Positions 40,205-49,560 of a stretch of 64,000 nt of DNA are shown here, piece after piece (position 1 is the stretch's first letter; every line of letters starts with the position of its first letter). Under the pieces are notes generated by a model, which was not told the DNA's origin, did not search any database, and saw only the letters and a program-made list of their open reading frames with translations. Both the position numbers and the translations under genes were made by a program. The stretch is taken from sequence record MW749003.1; one strand, 5' to 3'.

Positions 40205-40507
40205 CTATTTTTTGTTAGTAATAGTTTTAGGTTTTTCTTTTGAATCTTGTTGAGCCTTCATTATTTTTTTAGCTTCTTTTTCTACTTGTTTTGCTTTTTC
40301 CTTCTCCAGACTGATTAGCATTGATAGATCCATATTGATCATTTCGCTGATACTTATTTTACCATCAAATAAGTCCAAAAGGTATAACTGGTATTTAGCA
40401 TCCAGTTCAGTCTTTCGTTTAAGACCACCTTTTAATCCTCCTGAAGAAGACGATGAAAAAGCATTTCTTCCATATCGATCTCGATATCTCCTAACTGTTC
40501 TCCACAA
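40205..40507 (-). CDS. T4 gp51-like / tail-chaperone C-terminal segment, probably reached by -1 frameshift from 40432-41625
   Basis: No RBS-supported start; KISISEMINMD motif; overlaps the upstream gene in the -1 frame. Confidence 0.45.
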   Translation of the reverse strand: MWRTVRRYRDRYGRNAFSSSSSGGLKGGLKRKTELDAKYQLYLLDLFDGKISISEMINMDLSMLISLEKEKAKQVEKEAKKIMKAQQDSKEKPKTITNKK

Positions 40508-41625
40508 TTACTACATTTATGAGTTTTAATTTTATAATCAATAGCATATTTTTCTGAACGATCAGAAATTGCTTGCGCTAATGCTTTAACATCTTCCACT
40601 TCAAGATTCTTAATGATTTGGAAGATTGACTCTTTATCATCAATTTTTACATATTTTACTTTATTATTAGCTTTAAGTTGTTGAATGTCAATTACATAAA
40701 GGTTTTTAATAAACATCATTGTTGTTAAGATTTGCTCATTTTCTTGTAGCATCTCTGGATTTACTGAGCCGATCAATTCTAAATGGTCATACAATGAAGG
40801 TGTTTGAATATCTAATAAAATCTTATCATGCGGTAATACAATACGGTTAAATTTATTAACAAGTGATTTTTCTAGCAACTCATCTACATTACTAACATTC
40901 CCAATAATCTCATGTAACTTAGCAAAAGTTTCTTCATCTTTTACGTCCACTAATGTTTCATTATTAACGATAACAGTATTAGTTCCTTGGCAATGACCGC
41001 AACTAATTTCAAATGTACTATCAGTTGGGTAAGTTTGACAATAGATGCCATAAAGTAAAGTATTAAAATCATAGAATGAAGTAATTTTTAACCAATCTTT
41101 ATAACTAATTTTTCCTAAAGATGTTGCATTAATTTTACTATATACAATCTTATAAAGTTTTTGTCTAGAAGCAGAAGGAGACATAGTGGAATTTACAATA
41201 GAATTAATATCAGCCATTCTAATTGATTCCATATGTGCGATATATGCCGATTGATTGGCAACAACTTGGAAAGTAGGTTTTCCATTTAGAATAAAATCAA
41301 TATCAGATGTACTTTCTAATGGACTCTTTTCAGAAAATTCAATATTTGATACATCAATAGTAATACCACTAAGGATATCTCTTATATCTGAATTATCTGA
41401 TGTTTTCTTTTTAGTACTTTTCTTTTTCGTTTGTGTTGATGTTTTCTTTTTAGTACTTTTCTTTTTAGGTTTTTCTTCTACAATTTCTTCTTCAATATTT
41501 TCTTCCTCATCTTCGACAATACCTAGTTCTTCATGTAGATCTTCAATTTCCTCTTCACTTTTTAAACCAAAATCTTTAATCTCTTTTTCAGAAAGTTTTT
41601 TCATAACTTCTTGTCTTTTACTCAT
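40432..41625 (-). CDS. Baseplate hub/tail assembly chaperone (T4 gp26-like) with two CxxC motifs
   Basis: CGHCQGTN, CSNCG; acidic/basic N-terminus; next to gp25-like gene. Confidence 0.55.
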   Translation of the reverse strand: MSKRQEVMKKLSEKEIKDFGLKSEEEIEDLHEELGIVEDEEENIEEEIVEEKPKKKSTKKKTSTQTKKKSTKKKTSDNSDIRDILSGITIDVSNIEFSEKSPLESTSDIDFILNGKPTFQVVANQSAYIAHMESIRMADINSIVNSTMSPSASRQKLYKIVYSKINATSLGKISYKDWLKITSFYDFNTLLYGIYCQTYPTDSTFEISCGHCQGTNTVIVNNETLVDVKDEETFAKLHEIIGNVSNVDELLEKSLVNKFNRIVLPHDKILLDIQTPSLYDHLELIGSVNPEMLQENEQILTTMMFIKNLYVIDIQQLKANNKVKYVKIDDKESIFQIIKNLEVEDVKALAQAISDRSEKYAIDYKIKTHKCSNCGEQLGDIEIDMEEMLFHRLLQED

Positions 41626-41639
41626 TATTTTGTCCTCCG

Positions 41640-42065
41640 TTATAAAATAATTTTAGATATAACTTTTTTATTACTTTGCCTACCAAATATAATAGTAATT
41701 TGATCAGGATCATTAGTAGTCTGAATATCTCTTGAAACAATAAAGGTAAAAACAAGTATTTTAGATCCTCTATCATTATCTACTGTATCCAAATCAAATT
41801 GTATTCCTATATTGGTTGGTATAAATTTACTTATTTGATTATCAACTTTCTCTTTTAATTCTTGTTTTAATTGATCATCAATAAATTCAAATTGATAATT
41901 TTCGATACCTACGCCTAATTCTGGTTGATTAGGATATGTACCTTGTTCAATTATCATTAAGTTTTGAATAGTCTGTGCTAATGCTTCTAAATCTTTCCTC
42001 TCAGCATTAGTGTTATATATACTCTTTTCCAAAAGGAGTTCACTCTTAAATATATCATCAGCCAC
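41640..42065 (-). CDS. Baseplate wedge gp25/GPW-like protein
   Basis: IQNLMIIEQGTYPNQPELGVG. Confidence 0.75.
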   Translation of the reverse strand: MADDIFKSELLLEKSIYNTNAERKDLEALAQTIQNLMIIEQGTYPNQPELGVGIENYQFEFIDDQLKQELKEKVDNQISKFIPTNIGIQFDLDTVDNDRGSKILVFTFIVSRDIQTTNDPDQITIIFGRQSNKKVISKIIL

Positions 42066-42187
42066 TATAGTTCTAAGACCTCCTCCATTATTTCAGGTAA
42101 TATTGAAATGTTAACAATTCTCCAAATTATAAAAAATAATAAACAATATTTTATAAGACATAATAATGGGAAAGACGGTGAAAAATA

Positions 42188-42904
42188 ATGAAAATAGAAA
42201 AATGTCCATTTTGTTCTAATAAGTATAAAGACAAATCTTTTCTTTGTAATCATTTAGAAAATAAACATAAAGAACAGCTGAATGGTCTTTCTCCAGCACA
42301 GGTATATTTTAATTTTAAATATAATAAAACTGGTGGAAAATGTATTATATGTAGAAAGTCTACTAAATGGAATGAAAGTACCAATAGATATGAAAGAATT
42401 TGTGATCGTAAAGAGACTAATTGTAGAGAGAAATATAGAGAAATGTTTAAAAAACGTATGATGGGTAAGTATGGTAAAACTACATTACTTGATGAACCAG
42501 AAATGCAAAAGAAAATGCTTGATTCTAGAAAGATATCTGGTGAATATACTTGGACAAATAAAAAAGGTAAGACTAAATATACTGGTACTTATGAAAAAGA
42601 TTTTTTAGAATTTTTAGATGTATTTTTACATTTTGAACCAAGTGATGTTATTAGTCCTGCCCCACAAGTTTTTTACTATGAATTTAATGGTAAAAAACAC
42701 TTTTATATGCCAGATTTTTATATTACATCAATTAATACCATCATAGAGATAAAAGCTTTTGATAATAAACATTATAGAGCTAGAGATATAGAACAAGAAA
42801 AAGCAAAGGATAAAGCAGTATTAAAAAGTAATTTTAATTATATTAAAATTCATGATAAAGAATATGATGAATTTTTTGATTATCTTTTAAAATTTAAAGA
42901 ATAA
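42188..42904 (+). CDS. C2H2 Zn finger plus PD-(D/E)XK (TnsA-like) endonuclease
   Basis: CPFC..H..H; YEKDF; YMPDFY...IIEIK. Confidence 0.65.
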   Translation: MKIEKCPFCSNKYKDKSFLCNHLENKHKEQLNGLSPAQVYFNFKYNKTGGKCIICRKSTKWNESTNRYERICDRKETNCREKYREMFKKRMMGKYGKTTLLDEPEMQKKMLDSRKISGEYTWTNKKGKTKYTGTYEKDFLEFLDVFLHFEPSDVISPAPQVFYYEFNGKKHFYMPDFYITSINTIIEIKAFDNKHYRARDIEQEKAKDKAVLKSNFNYIKIHDKEYDEFFDYLLKFKE

Positions 42905-43017
42905 AGAAATAATAAATTAATAGGGTAAGTTAAAAAATAAAGATAACTTTTTCTTAATAGAATTAGTTATCTTTATTAAATTTATTATTTTTAATAACCG
43001 TATTAAAATATTAAAAG

Positions 43018-43030
43018 AAATATATATTAT
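43018..43030 (+). promoter_or_regulatory. Early promoter 13-mer
   Basis: Exact AAATATATATTAT. Confidence 0.7.
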
Positions 43031-43069
43031 ATAATTGAATAAATAGGAGAACTAGGGGGTTCAATTATT

Positions 43070-43852
43070 ATGAAAATTATACTGGGGAATTATAACAAAG
43101 ATAGGGGTACTACTATTTCATCTACTGAAGGAAAGTATTTCTATCAAGATGTATCAAATGATCAACAAGTATTTGAGGTTTATAAGAAATTTATAGATGT
43201 AGCTGAAATTGTTGGATTTGATGTATTACAGGCACATACACATTTTAAAGATACTAGTGATATTTGGGAAATTATACAGATTGAATTAATTAGAGATGGT
43301 ATTATTGAGGAATTTAATTATGATGAAGAGAATTATTGTACTTTTCCTGAGATACGAGACATTATTGATGTATCAAAAATGCTTATTATGGATAAGCTAG
43401 TAAAATTACCTATGTATCATTATTGGGAAGGACAAGTACATATTGGGAAAACCATAGAAGAAGATCCAAGTAGACTTAAATTAGCTATTAATGAAATTCT
43501 TATTAAACCAAAAACAAGAATACTTGAGATGAGTGTATATATTTACATTTATATTGATGGACAAAGGAAAATTATCGACCTCCTAGAAGATTTTACATTA
43601 GATTTTAATTATATTAGAGATAAAAATAGAAAATTATTTAATTATATTAATAGAGTTATTGATTATGCAAGAAATAATGTTGATTTCCCAGTGAACTTTG
43701 TGAGATTTCAAATTTCTAATGATAACATTATACGCAATATGAAAATTAGTGATCGAAATGCTGAAATGCTTGAATGTCTTTATATGAAAGTGCAAAATGA
43801 CAAATATGAAAATAAATATATACTACCTCTGTATAATATAAAAGGAGAATAA
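43070..43852 (+). CDS. Hypothetical early protein (paralog of the next gene)
   Basis: ORF with RBS. Confidence 0.7.
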   Translation: MKIILGNYNKDRGTTISSTEGKYFYQDVSNDQQVFEVYKKFIDVAEIVGFDVLQAHTHFKDTSDIWEIIQIELIRDGIIEEFNYDEENYCTFPEIRDIIDVSKMLIMDKLVKLPMYHYWEGQVHIGKTIEEDPSRLKLAINEILIKPKTRILEMSVYIYIYIDGQRKIIDLLEDFTLDFNYIRDKNRKLFNYINRVIDYARNNVDFPVNFVRFQISNDNIIRNMKISDRNAEMLECLYMKVQNDKYENKYILPLYNIKGE

Positions 43853-43857
43853 TAACA

Positions 43858-44583
43858 ATGCATCATTCTTTATTCCAAATAAAATCTAAAGAAAATAATA
43901 AGATTTATAATGTACTAAAGATCATCAAGAATCAATACATAGTTATGGAAGTTAGCTTATCAAATATTAATGATATAAGTATGAATTATTTTAAAAAATT
44001 TATTGATTTAATAGATTATTTAGGTATTGAAAATATATCTAAATTAGATAACGATAATGGATTAGTGTTTATTCAAGAGATAATCAATAATAACTATTTT
44101 AAAGTCATTAATAAAGGAGACTATTCTTATATTACTTTGCCTTTTATTAATGAATTGGAAGTTGTAATGTATAAGCTGTTATCTACAAATAAGAATATAA
44201 AAGATCCAAGTAGTTATACTATAAATAGATTTCAAGTTAATAAAAATCCTAAACAAACAGCAATTCAAGGAGTATTATCATGTGAATTATATTCTTTTAA
44301 TGAGAAAGTAAGTGAGATAGTCGTTCATATTGAAATGAGAGATCTAAGAAAAGAAAATAGGGAGTTATTTAATGATATTAAACGGTTAATTTTATTTACA
44401 GAAAGAAAATTGAATTATAGATTAACAGAAATGAGCCTAGAAATTATGCTAGGTTCATTTCTAACTACCATTTCTAAAAATAATAATCGTCTTGAGTTTA
44501 GGGATATTATTGATACTATATTTCTTGAAGTAAAAGGTGCTACTTCTACACAGTTTAATAGTATATTGCCTATTTCAAAATAA
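43858..44583 (+). CDS. Hypothetical early protein
   Basis: ORF with RBS AAGGAG. Confidence 0.7.
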   Translation: MHHSLFQIKSKENNKIYNVLKIIKNQYIVMEVSLSNINDISMNYFKKFIDLIDYLGIENISKLDNDNGLVFIQEIINNNYFKVINKGDYSYITLPFINELEVVMYKLLSTNKNIKDPSSYTINRFQVNKNPKQTAIQGVLSCELYSFNEKVSEIVVHIEMRDLRKENRELFNDIKRLILFTERKLNYRLTEMSLEIMLGSFLTTISKNNNRLEFRDIIDTIFLEVKGATSTQFNSILPISK

Positions 44584-44599
44584 TATTGGAGGAATAAAA

Positions 44600-45322
44600 A
44601 TGTTTAGAGGAAATGTATTTTTAATTGATATTTTATATGTAAAACATACAGGATATGAAGAAAAAATTGAATATCATTTCAAAGAAAATGAGTCAATTTT
44701 TGATTTTGCTCGTATACTACCTATGACTGTAATTGTTGAAAGAGCCACTAATGTTTTAATTCGTCATGAAGTAAAAGATGGTTTTATTTATATTCCATCA
44801 GTTATAAAAGAACAGAATAATATATTTGATCTATCTAAATATGAGCTATTTAATATTCCATTGAATGACAAAAAATTAGATATAGAAATACCTAGCTATA
44901 CAATAATCGACAGTTCAAGGGTTAAAAAGAATGGAATAAAACTCATTGAAAAAGTCACTAAACAGATTTTTTCTAATAGAAATAATTATATAAGTAATGA
45001 AGAGTTAAAAGTCATCTTAGACGGAATTAAACAGGAAGAATTTAATCGTATATGCAATTTATCTAATGAAGAGAGTCGTTATGAATTAATATTTGGTAGC
45101 TTAAAGTCTACGACTGGAAAAGATGAATATATTAACATGAAAAGTAGTTTTGGAAACTTTATTTTCCCATCTATTGATAAAGAAACTATTAATATTATTA
45201 AAAAAGAATTTTCTAATAAAATTTTAATAATAGATAGCGAAAGAATTAATAAAGTAATCAATAATATAATAGACTTTAAACTACTTATCAATTTAAAAAA
45301 ACAAATAAATAACTCCCTTTAG
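44600..45322 (+). CDS. Hypothetical early protein
   Basis: ATG 44600 fits RBS GGAGG; followed by hairpin terminator near 45308-45331. Confidence 0.7.
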   Translation: MFRGNVFLIDILYVKHTGYEEKIEYHFKENESIFDFARILPMTVIVERATNVLIRHEVKDGFIYIPSVIKEQNNIFDLSKYELFNIPLNDKKLDIEIPSYTIIDSSRVKKNGIKLIEKVTKQIFSNRNNYISNEELKVILDGIKQEEFNRICNLSNEESRYELIFGSLKSTTGKDEYINMKSSFGNFIFPSIDKETINIIKKEFSNKILIIDSERINKVINNIIDFKLLINLKKQINNSL

Positions 45323-45370
45323 GGAGTTATTTTTTTTTATATTTTTTAAGTAAAATTAAAATATTATAAC

Positions 45371-45383
45371 AAATATATATTAT
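45371..45383 (+). promoter_or_regulatory. Early promoter 13-mer, overlapping a late motif at 45368-45379
   Basis: Exact AAATATATATTAT preceded by AAC. Confidence 0.7.
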
Positions 45384-45406
45384 ATAATTGATGGAGGTTT
45401 AAGAAA

Positions 45407-45790
45407 ATGAGTGAAGAAAAAGTTTTAGAAAATCAAGAAGAAGAAGTAGTAGAAAAAGAGGAAGTTGGAGAAAGTGAACAACCTCAATTAGAAGGTGATA
45501 TTGTACAATTTACAGTTGGAATTAATTCTAATCAAACGTATAACGTTAGATCAACAGTTGAAACTGGATTAGATCTAAGAGAATATATGCAAGCTATCGC
45601 AACTATTAAACTTAATACAATTATTAGCATCTTAAGTGGAAATGAAAAGAAATATGATAATTTGAAAATTTTTAAAGAATTTGAGAAAGAAACTTTATCA
45701 ATGGCTATTGATAAAATCTTGGAAGGTTTCTCTGAAAAAGAAATTCCTGATATTGAGAAAAAACAAATTAAAAAATTATTTGCTGAATAA
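45407..45790 (+). CDS. Hypothetical early protein with acidic N-terminus
   Basis: 127 aa, RBS GGAGG. Confidence 0.75.
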   Translation: MSEEKVLENQEEEVVEKEEVGESEQPQLEGDIVQFTVGINSNQTYNVRSTVETGLDLREYMQAIATIKLNTIISILSGNEKKYDNLKIFKEFEKETLSMAIDKILEGFSEKEIPDIEKKQIKKLFAE

Positions 45791-45970
45791 CATAAAATAT
45801 CAAGTATGGACAACAGTTCATACTTGATATTACTTAAACCTCCATTAAAATAAGTATAGCGGATATACTTATTTTATCTTTGTTAATTTCCAATACATCT
45901 GTCACTAATTATCTAAAATTTTTAGTAAATTAGTAACAAAAGATTGACTTATACTCAGGAGGTTAACATA

Positions 45971-46492
45971 ATGAAAAAGAGATTATTAGTTATTGCTGGA
46001 CCATCAGGCTGTGGAAAGAATTATATCACTGATTTATTAATTGGTACTTATCCAGAATTATTTCAACAGCTTCCACAATATACTACTAGGGAGAAGAGAA
46101 CACCAGATGAGAATACTTATCACTTTATTAGTAAGTCTCATTATGATGTAATTGAACATGCATTAATTGCTAAAACTGAAATTAATGGATACCATTACGG
46201 GACAGTTCCAAGCTTTGAAGAAAATAAAATCGGTATTATTATTGCTAATAAAAAAGGAATTGAGAGTTTGAGAGAATACCTTTCTAATAACACTGATAAT
46301 GTAGAGGTATTTTATTTGGGAATTGATTCGGAGCAACCAAAAGAGAGAGATGAAAGAACTAAAGAATATGTCGCAAATGAAAGAAAAGAATTAAAACCAA
46401 TTATTAATGATTGGTTAGTCAATATTCCACCCTATAATTATATTACTGCGGAAGATGTTTATCAATACTTAGAGAATAAAAAGTTTATTTAA
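45971..46492 (+). CDS. Guanylate-kinase-like NMP kinase
   Basis: IAGPSGCGK, YTTREKR, YHFIS, GYHYGT. Confidence 0.8.
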   Translation: MKKRLLVIAGPSGCGKNYITDLLIGTYPELFQQLPQYTTREKRTPDENTYHFISKSHYDVIEHALIAKTEINGYHYGTVPSFEENKIGIIIANKKGIESLREYLSNNTDNVEVFYLGIDSEQPKERDERTKEYVANERKELKPIINDWLVNIPPYNYITAEDVYQYLENKKFI

Positions 46493-46559
46493 ACATAAAC
46501 AATCGATTATAGGTTTATTCCTATAATCGATTTAGTTTGTCATAGGGGGAGGTTGGATT

Positions 46560-47327
46560 ATGACAAACAATTTATACCAAAAACATAATTATCTAAATAA
46601 AAGAATTAGTTATCTCAAAAATAATATTATAAGAGAATATGATATGACCAATGCTGGAGTCAATATTCTACGGAAAAATAATGTTATTACAGAAGAAGAA
46701 TATCAACATTTAAATTCAATGGAAAAATTAAAAAAGAATAAAACAGTTGGCTTATTCTTAAAAAAGAATCCTGATATTAGTGAAGCATTGATCAATGAGT
46801 TTGTTTTAATTAGGAAAGAGTTATTTGAGAAGAATAATATTGATGATGATGATATCTTATCAATTAAAAAAGATGCAGTTTTTATCATTAATAAAAAGTT
46901 AACCAATTTAGAATTAAACGAATATTATAAATTCCAAGAAAAGAATAGGTATATTAGTTATATTAGTATTGATAATAAAGAGTTTTATTATAAATCAGAT
47001 AGAACTCTAGATATTAAGGGTTATAGTAAGGAAATAAAGGAATTCCATAAGGATTACTTATTTAAAGATTTAGAAGAACTTCTTTTCCTAGATACACATA
47101 ATGAAGAAAATGCACTATTTGAGAAATTAATACAACTTAAATATAATTTCGTAACCAGAGAATTACCTTATCAGTACTATCTAGATTTAATTTATGGTAA
47201 ATATTTATATGGTATTTTAAATCATATGTATTACTTGGACGAAATAACAGAAGATTTAAAAAAATATGTTCTAATCAATAACAACCTTAATTTCTTACTT
47301 AGAGTGATAAATATTCTATTAAAATGA
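46560..47327 (+). CDS. Stand-alone family-B-like polymerase palm domain protein
   Basis: REYDMTNAGVNIL (motif A-like) and ILSIKKDAVFII (motif C-like). Confidence 0.5.
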   Translation: MTNNLYQKHNYLNKRISYLKNNIIREYDMTNAGVNILRKNNVITEEEYQHLNSMEKLKKNKTVGLFLKKNPDISEALINEFVLIRKELFEKNNIDDDDILSIKKDAVFIINKKLTNLELNEYYKFQEKNRYISYISIDNKEFYYKSDRTLDIKGYSKEIKEFHKDYLFKDLEELLFLDTHNEENALFEKLIQLKYNFVTRELPYQYYLDLIYGKYLYGILNHMYYLDEITEDLKKYVLINNNLNFLLRVINILLK

Positions 47328-47368
47328 TTAAAACAGTAGACTGAAACTCTACTGTTTTAATCGTTATA

Positions 47369-47824
47369 TTATTTTACTTTTTTTATAGTTGTTCTATTAA
47401 GTTCCACTGTAATCTCAGCAATTCGATTATATACCAAAACAGTAACGAAATCAGTTAAATCCCGAATATAGACACTTAAACTTTCTTTATAAGGTTCTGA
47501 TAGTTGTTGCATTACACTATGAGTAGTCTCAGCAGTTATTTTTATAAGAATATCATCATTTAATAAAGATAGACTAGTAGATCTTCTTTGATATGGGATT
47601 AATTTTAAATCTCTAGATTTGTTACAAAAATAATCTACTAAAAACATTAGATATTTAGTATCTGACTCAAAATCTTTATTAGCTAATTTTTTTTCTATGT
47701 TCCCATTAATAGAATTTAATCCCTTACTTTTATCTAAAGTACCTACAATCTTAATCATAAATTTAGCGAAAAAAAGAATAACAAAAAGGTTTAACAGTAC
47801 AATTAAAGCAATTAATAGTTCCAT
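47369..47824 (-). CDS. Membrane-anchored hypothetical protein
   Basis: RBS GGAGG before ATG 47824; N-terminal TM helix. Confidence 0.65.
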   Translation of the reverse strand: MELLIALIVLLNLFVILFFAKFMIKIVGTLDKSKGLNSINGNIEKKLANKDFESDTKYLMFLVDYFCNKSRDLKLIPYQRRSTSLSLLNDDILIKITAETTHSVMQQLSEPYKESLSVYIRDLTDFVTVLVYNRIAEITVELNRTTIKKVK

Positions 47825-47865
47825 TGATATTCCTCCTATAAAAAAAGAAGGACTCAATGTCCTTC

Positions 47866-48399
47866 TTATTCTCCATTTCTTATTTTTAAAGCACGTTCTT
47901 TATATTCAACGGCAAGACTATCTGCCATTTCTTGGTAGTAAGTATATGGATCATCTTTTAATGTAATGTTCTTTCCTTTGTGACCTCTCAACCAATTAAA
48001 CTGTAATATGATACGTTTCCTGGCAAAATAAATTTTATATTCATTTAATAATTTCCATAAATCTAGATTTTTTATTTCCCCAGAAGAATTTCTCCATCCA
48101 TTTTTAATCCATTTATTTAATCTATCTCTAGCCCCTAGTATAGTATATTCTGAATCTGATATAATTTCAATGACTCCTATTTCATTAGGATTCTTTTCAA
48201 CAAAATCTTTCATTTCTTTTAACCCTAAAATTACACCCATTAATTCATTATAATTATTTGTTGATTTATCAAAAGCTTTTAATCGTTTACCTATTAATTT
48301 AAATTCTTCATTTACAAATAATGTTGCACATGTACCAAGAGCATCTGGTTTACCATTATGAAATGAAGCGGCATCTGAGAAAATATAAATCTTTTTCAT
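47866..48399 (-). CDS. rnhA: Ribonuclease HI
   Basis: FSDAAS, TNNYNELMG, SDSEY, NLDLW, WLRGH, MADSLA; start reassigned to ATG 48399. Confidence 0.9.
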   Translation of the reverse strand: MKKIYIFSDAASFHNGKPDALGTCATLFVNEEFKLIGKRLKAFDKSTNNYNELMGVILGLKEMKDFVEKNPNEIGVIEIISDSEYTILGARDRLNKWIKNGWRNSSGEIKNLDLWKLLNEYKIYFARKRIILQFNWLRGHKGKNITLKDDPYTYYQEMADSLAVEYKERALKIRNGE

Positions 48400-48433
48400 A
48401 TGAATCTCCTCCCAAAAATATGTATTCATTATA

Positions 48434-48446
48434 ATAATATATATTT
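48434..48446 (-). promoter_or_regulatory. Early promoter 13-mer upstream of RNase H
   Basis: Exact reverse complement. Confidence 0.7.
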
Positions 48447-48524
48447 GAAACATGTATATGTTATTAATAATAATTAAAATAAACAATATAATATTTCATA
48501 ATACTATAAGGATGGTGAGAAAAA

Positions 48525-49229
48525 ATGTTAGTACCAAAGATGAATAATCCAAGTCTTATAAATGAAGATGAGTCTTATGAAGTTGTAATTGATTCTATTG
48601 ATGATCGTGCAGACTTTTTTAATTTTGAAATTACTTCTAATGAGAAGGAAAGACTAAAATTTATCAAACGAATTGAAAAGATAATTAGACGTTCATTTGA
48701 ATATAAAACTTATATTGGCTTTTTAAAAAATGAACTAGATTTGACAAAATGTACTTTCCTTCCAATGGTAGATACAAAGGAAATTAAAAAAGTTGGTTTA
48801 GAATTCCATCACTACCCTTTTACTCTTTTTGATATTGTAAGCATAGTACTAGATGAACATATTCTTGTTAATGGAGAAAAAAGAATTAATCCATTTGATA
48901 TTGCTGAAGAAGTCATGGAATTACATTATCAGAATTATATAGGGTTAGTTCCACTTACAAAAACTGTTCATGAGCTAGTACACTCTGGAAAGATTTATGT
49001 AAACCTTAACTATGTATTTGGTAACTACACTAAGTTTATTAATAAGTATGAGTCAGCCAATACTGAAAATTTCCAAGTATTATTAGGTAATTTAGAACAA
49101 CTTAGTCAGAAAGAAGATAGAGAAGGAAGTATTAATGGTGATATCCTAGACAAGAGTCTATTAAAACTTAATATTAAAGATATTGAAAATCCTAATAAGA
49201 TTGAAGTAGAAGATGAACTTCTTGCATAA
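48525..49229 (+). CDS. HNH/His-Me-finger-like protein (paralog of 60278-60943)
   Basis: C...LEFHHYPFT...GLVPLTKTVHELVH; late motif 48482-48493. Confidence 0.55.
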   Translation: MLVPKMNNPSLINEDESYEVVIDSIDDRADFFNFEITSNEKERLKFIKRIEKIIRRSFEYKTYIGFLKNELDLTKCTFLPMVDTKEIKKVGLEFHHYPFTLFDIVSIVLDEHILVNGEKRINPFDIAEEVMELHYQNYIGLVPLTKTVHELVHSGKIYVNLNYVFGNYTKFINKYESANTENFQVLLGNLEQLSQKEDREGSINGDILDKSLLKLNIKDIENPNKIEVEDELLA

Positions 49230-49299
49230 ATATTAAGTTTTAAAAAATTTATTTCTCTTTTTTATTTTAAAAATTACCCTGCATTTCAAACAATTTAAT

Positions 49300-49560
49300 A
49301 CGTGTGAGAGTAGCATCCTTTCACGATGTTCACACGGAAGGAGATAGTGAGAGGTCTCCTTCTTACTCAACTGTTCGCAATGTGATTTCTCCATTTAGTA
49401 CTCTGTGCATACCTCTATAGGTAAACTCTTTATGGGATGATCTTTGTCATTGGTTTTTGTTTCACCTCCGCATTAGTCACTGAGAGGTTTACCGATCCTC
49501 TTGGTGACAATGTGACTGTTCTAGTTGTTAATGTTGGTGCAATTCCAACAACAGTCACCA
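49300..49560 (+). ncRNA. Candidate late non-coding RNA ending in a tRNA-like minihelix with CCA
   Basis: Late motif AACA-ATTTAA-TA at 49289-49300; 110/260 GC (42%) by hand count; several stems and pseudoknots; T-arm, acceptor stem and ACCA at the 3' end. Confidence 0.6.

Noticed and set aside
49300-49560. tmRNA, SRP RNA or RNase P RNA as identity of the ncRNA
   Set aside because: No G3-U70 pair or tag ORF, the acceptor strands do not enclose the body, and there is no SRP helix-8 or GAGGAAAGUCC motif. An Rfam search is still needed.
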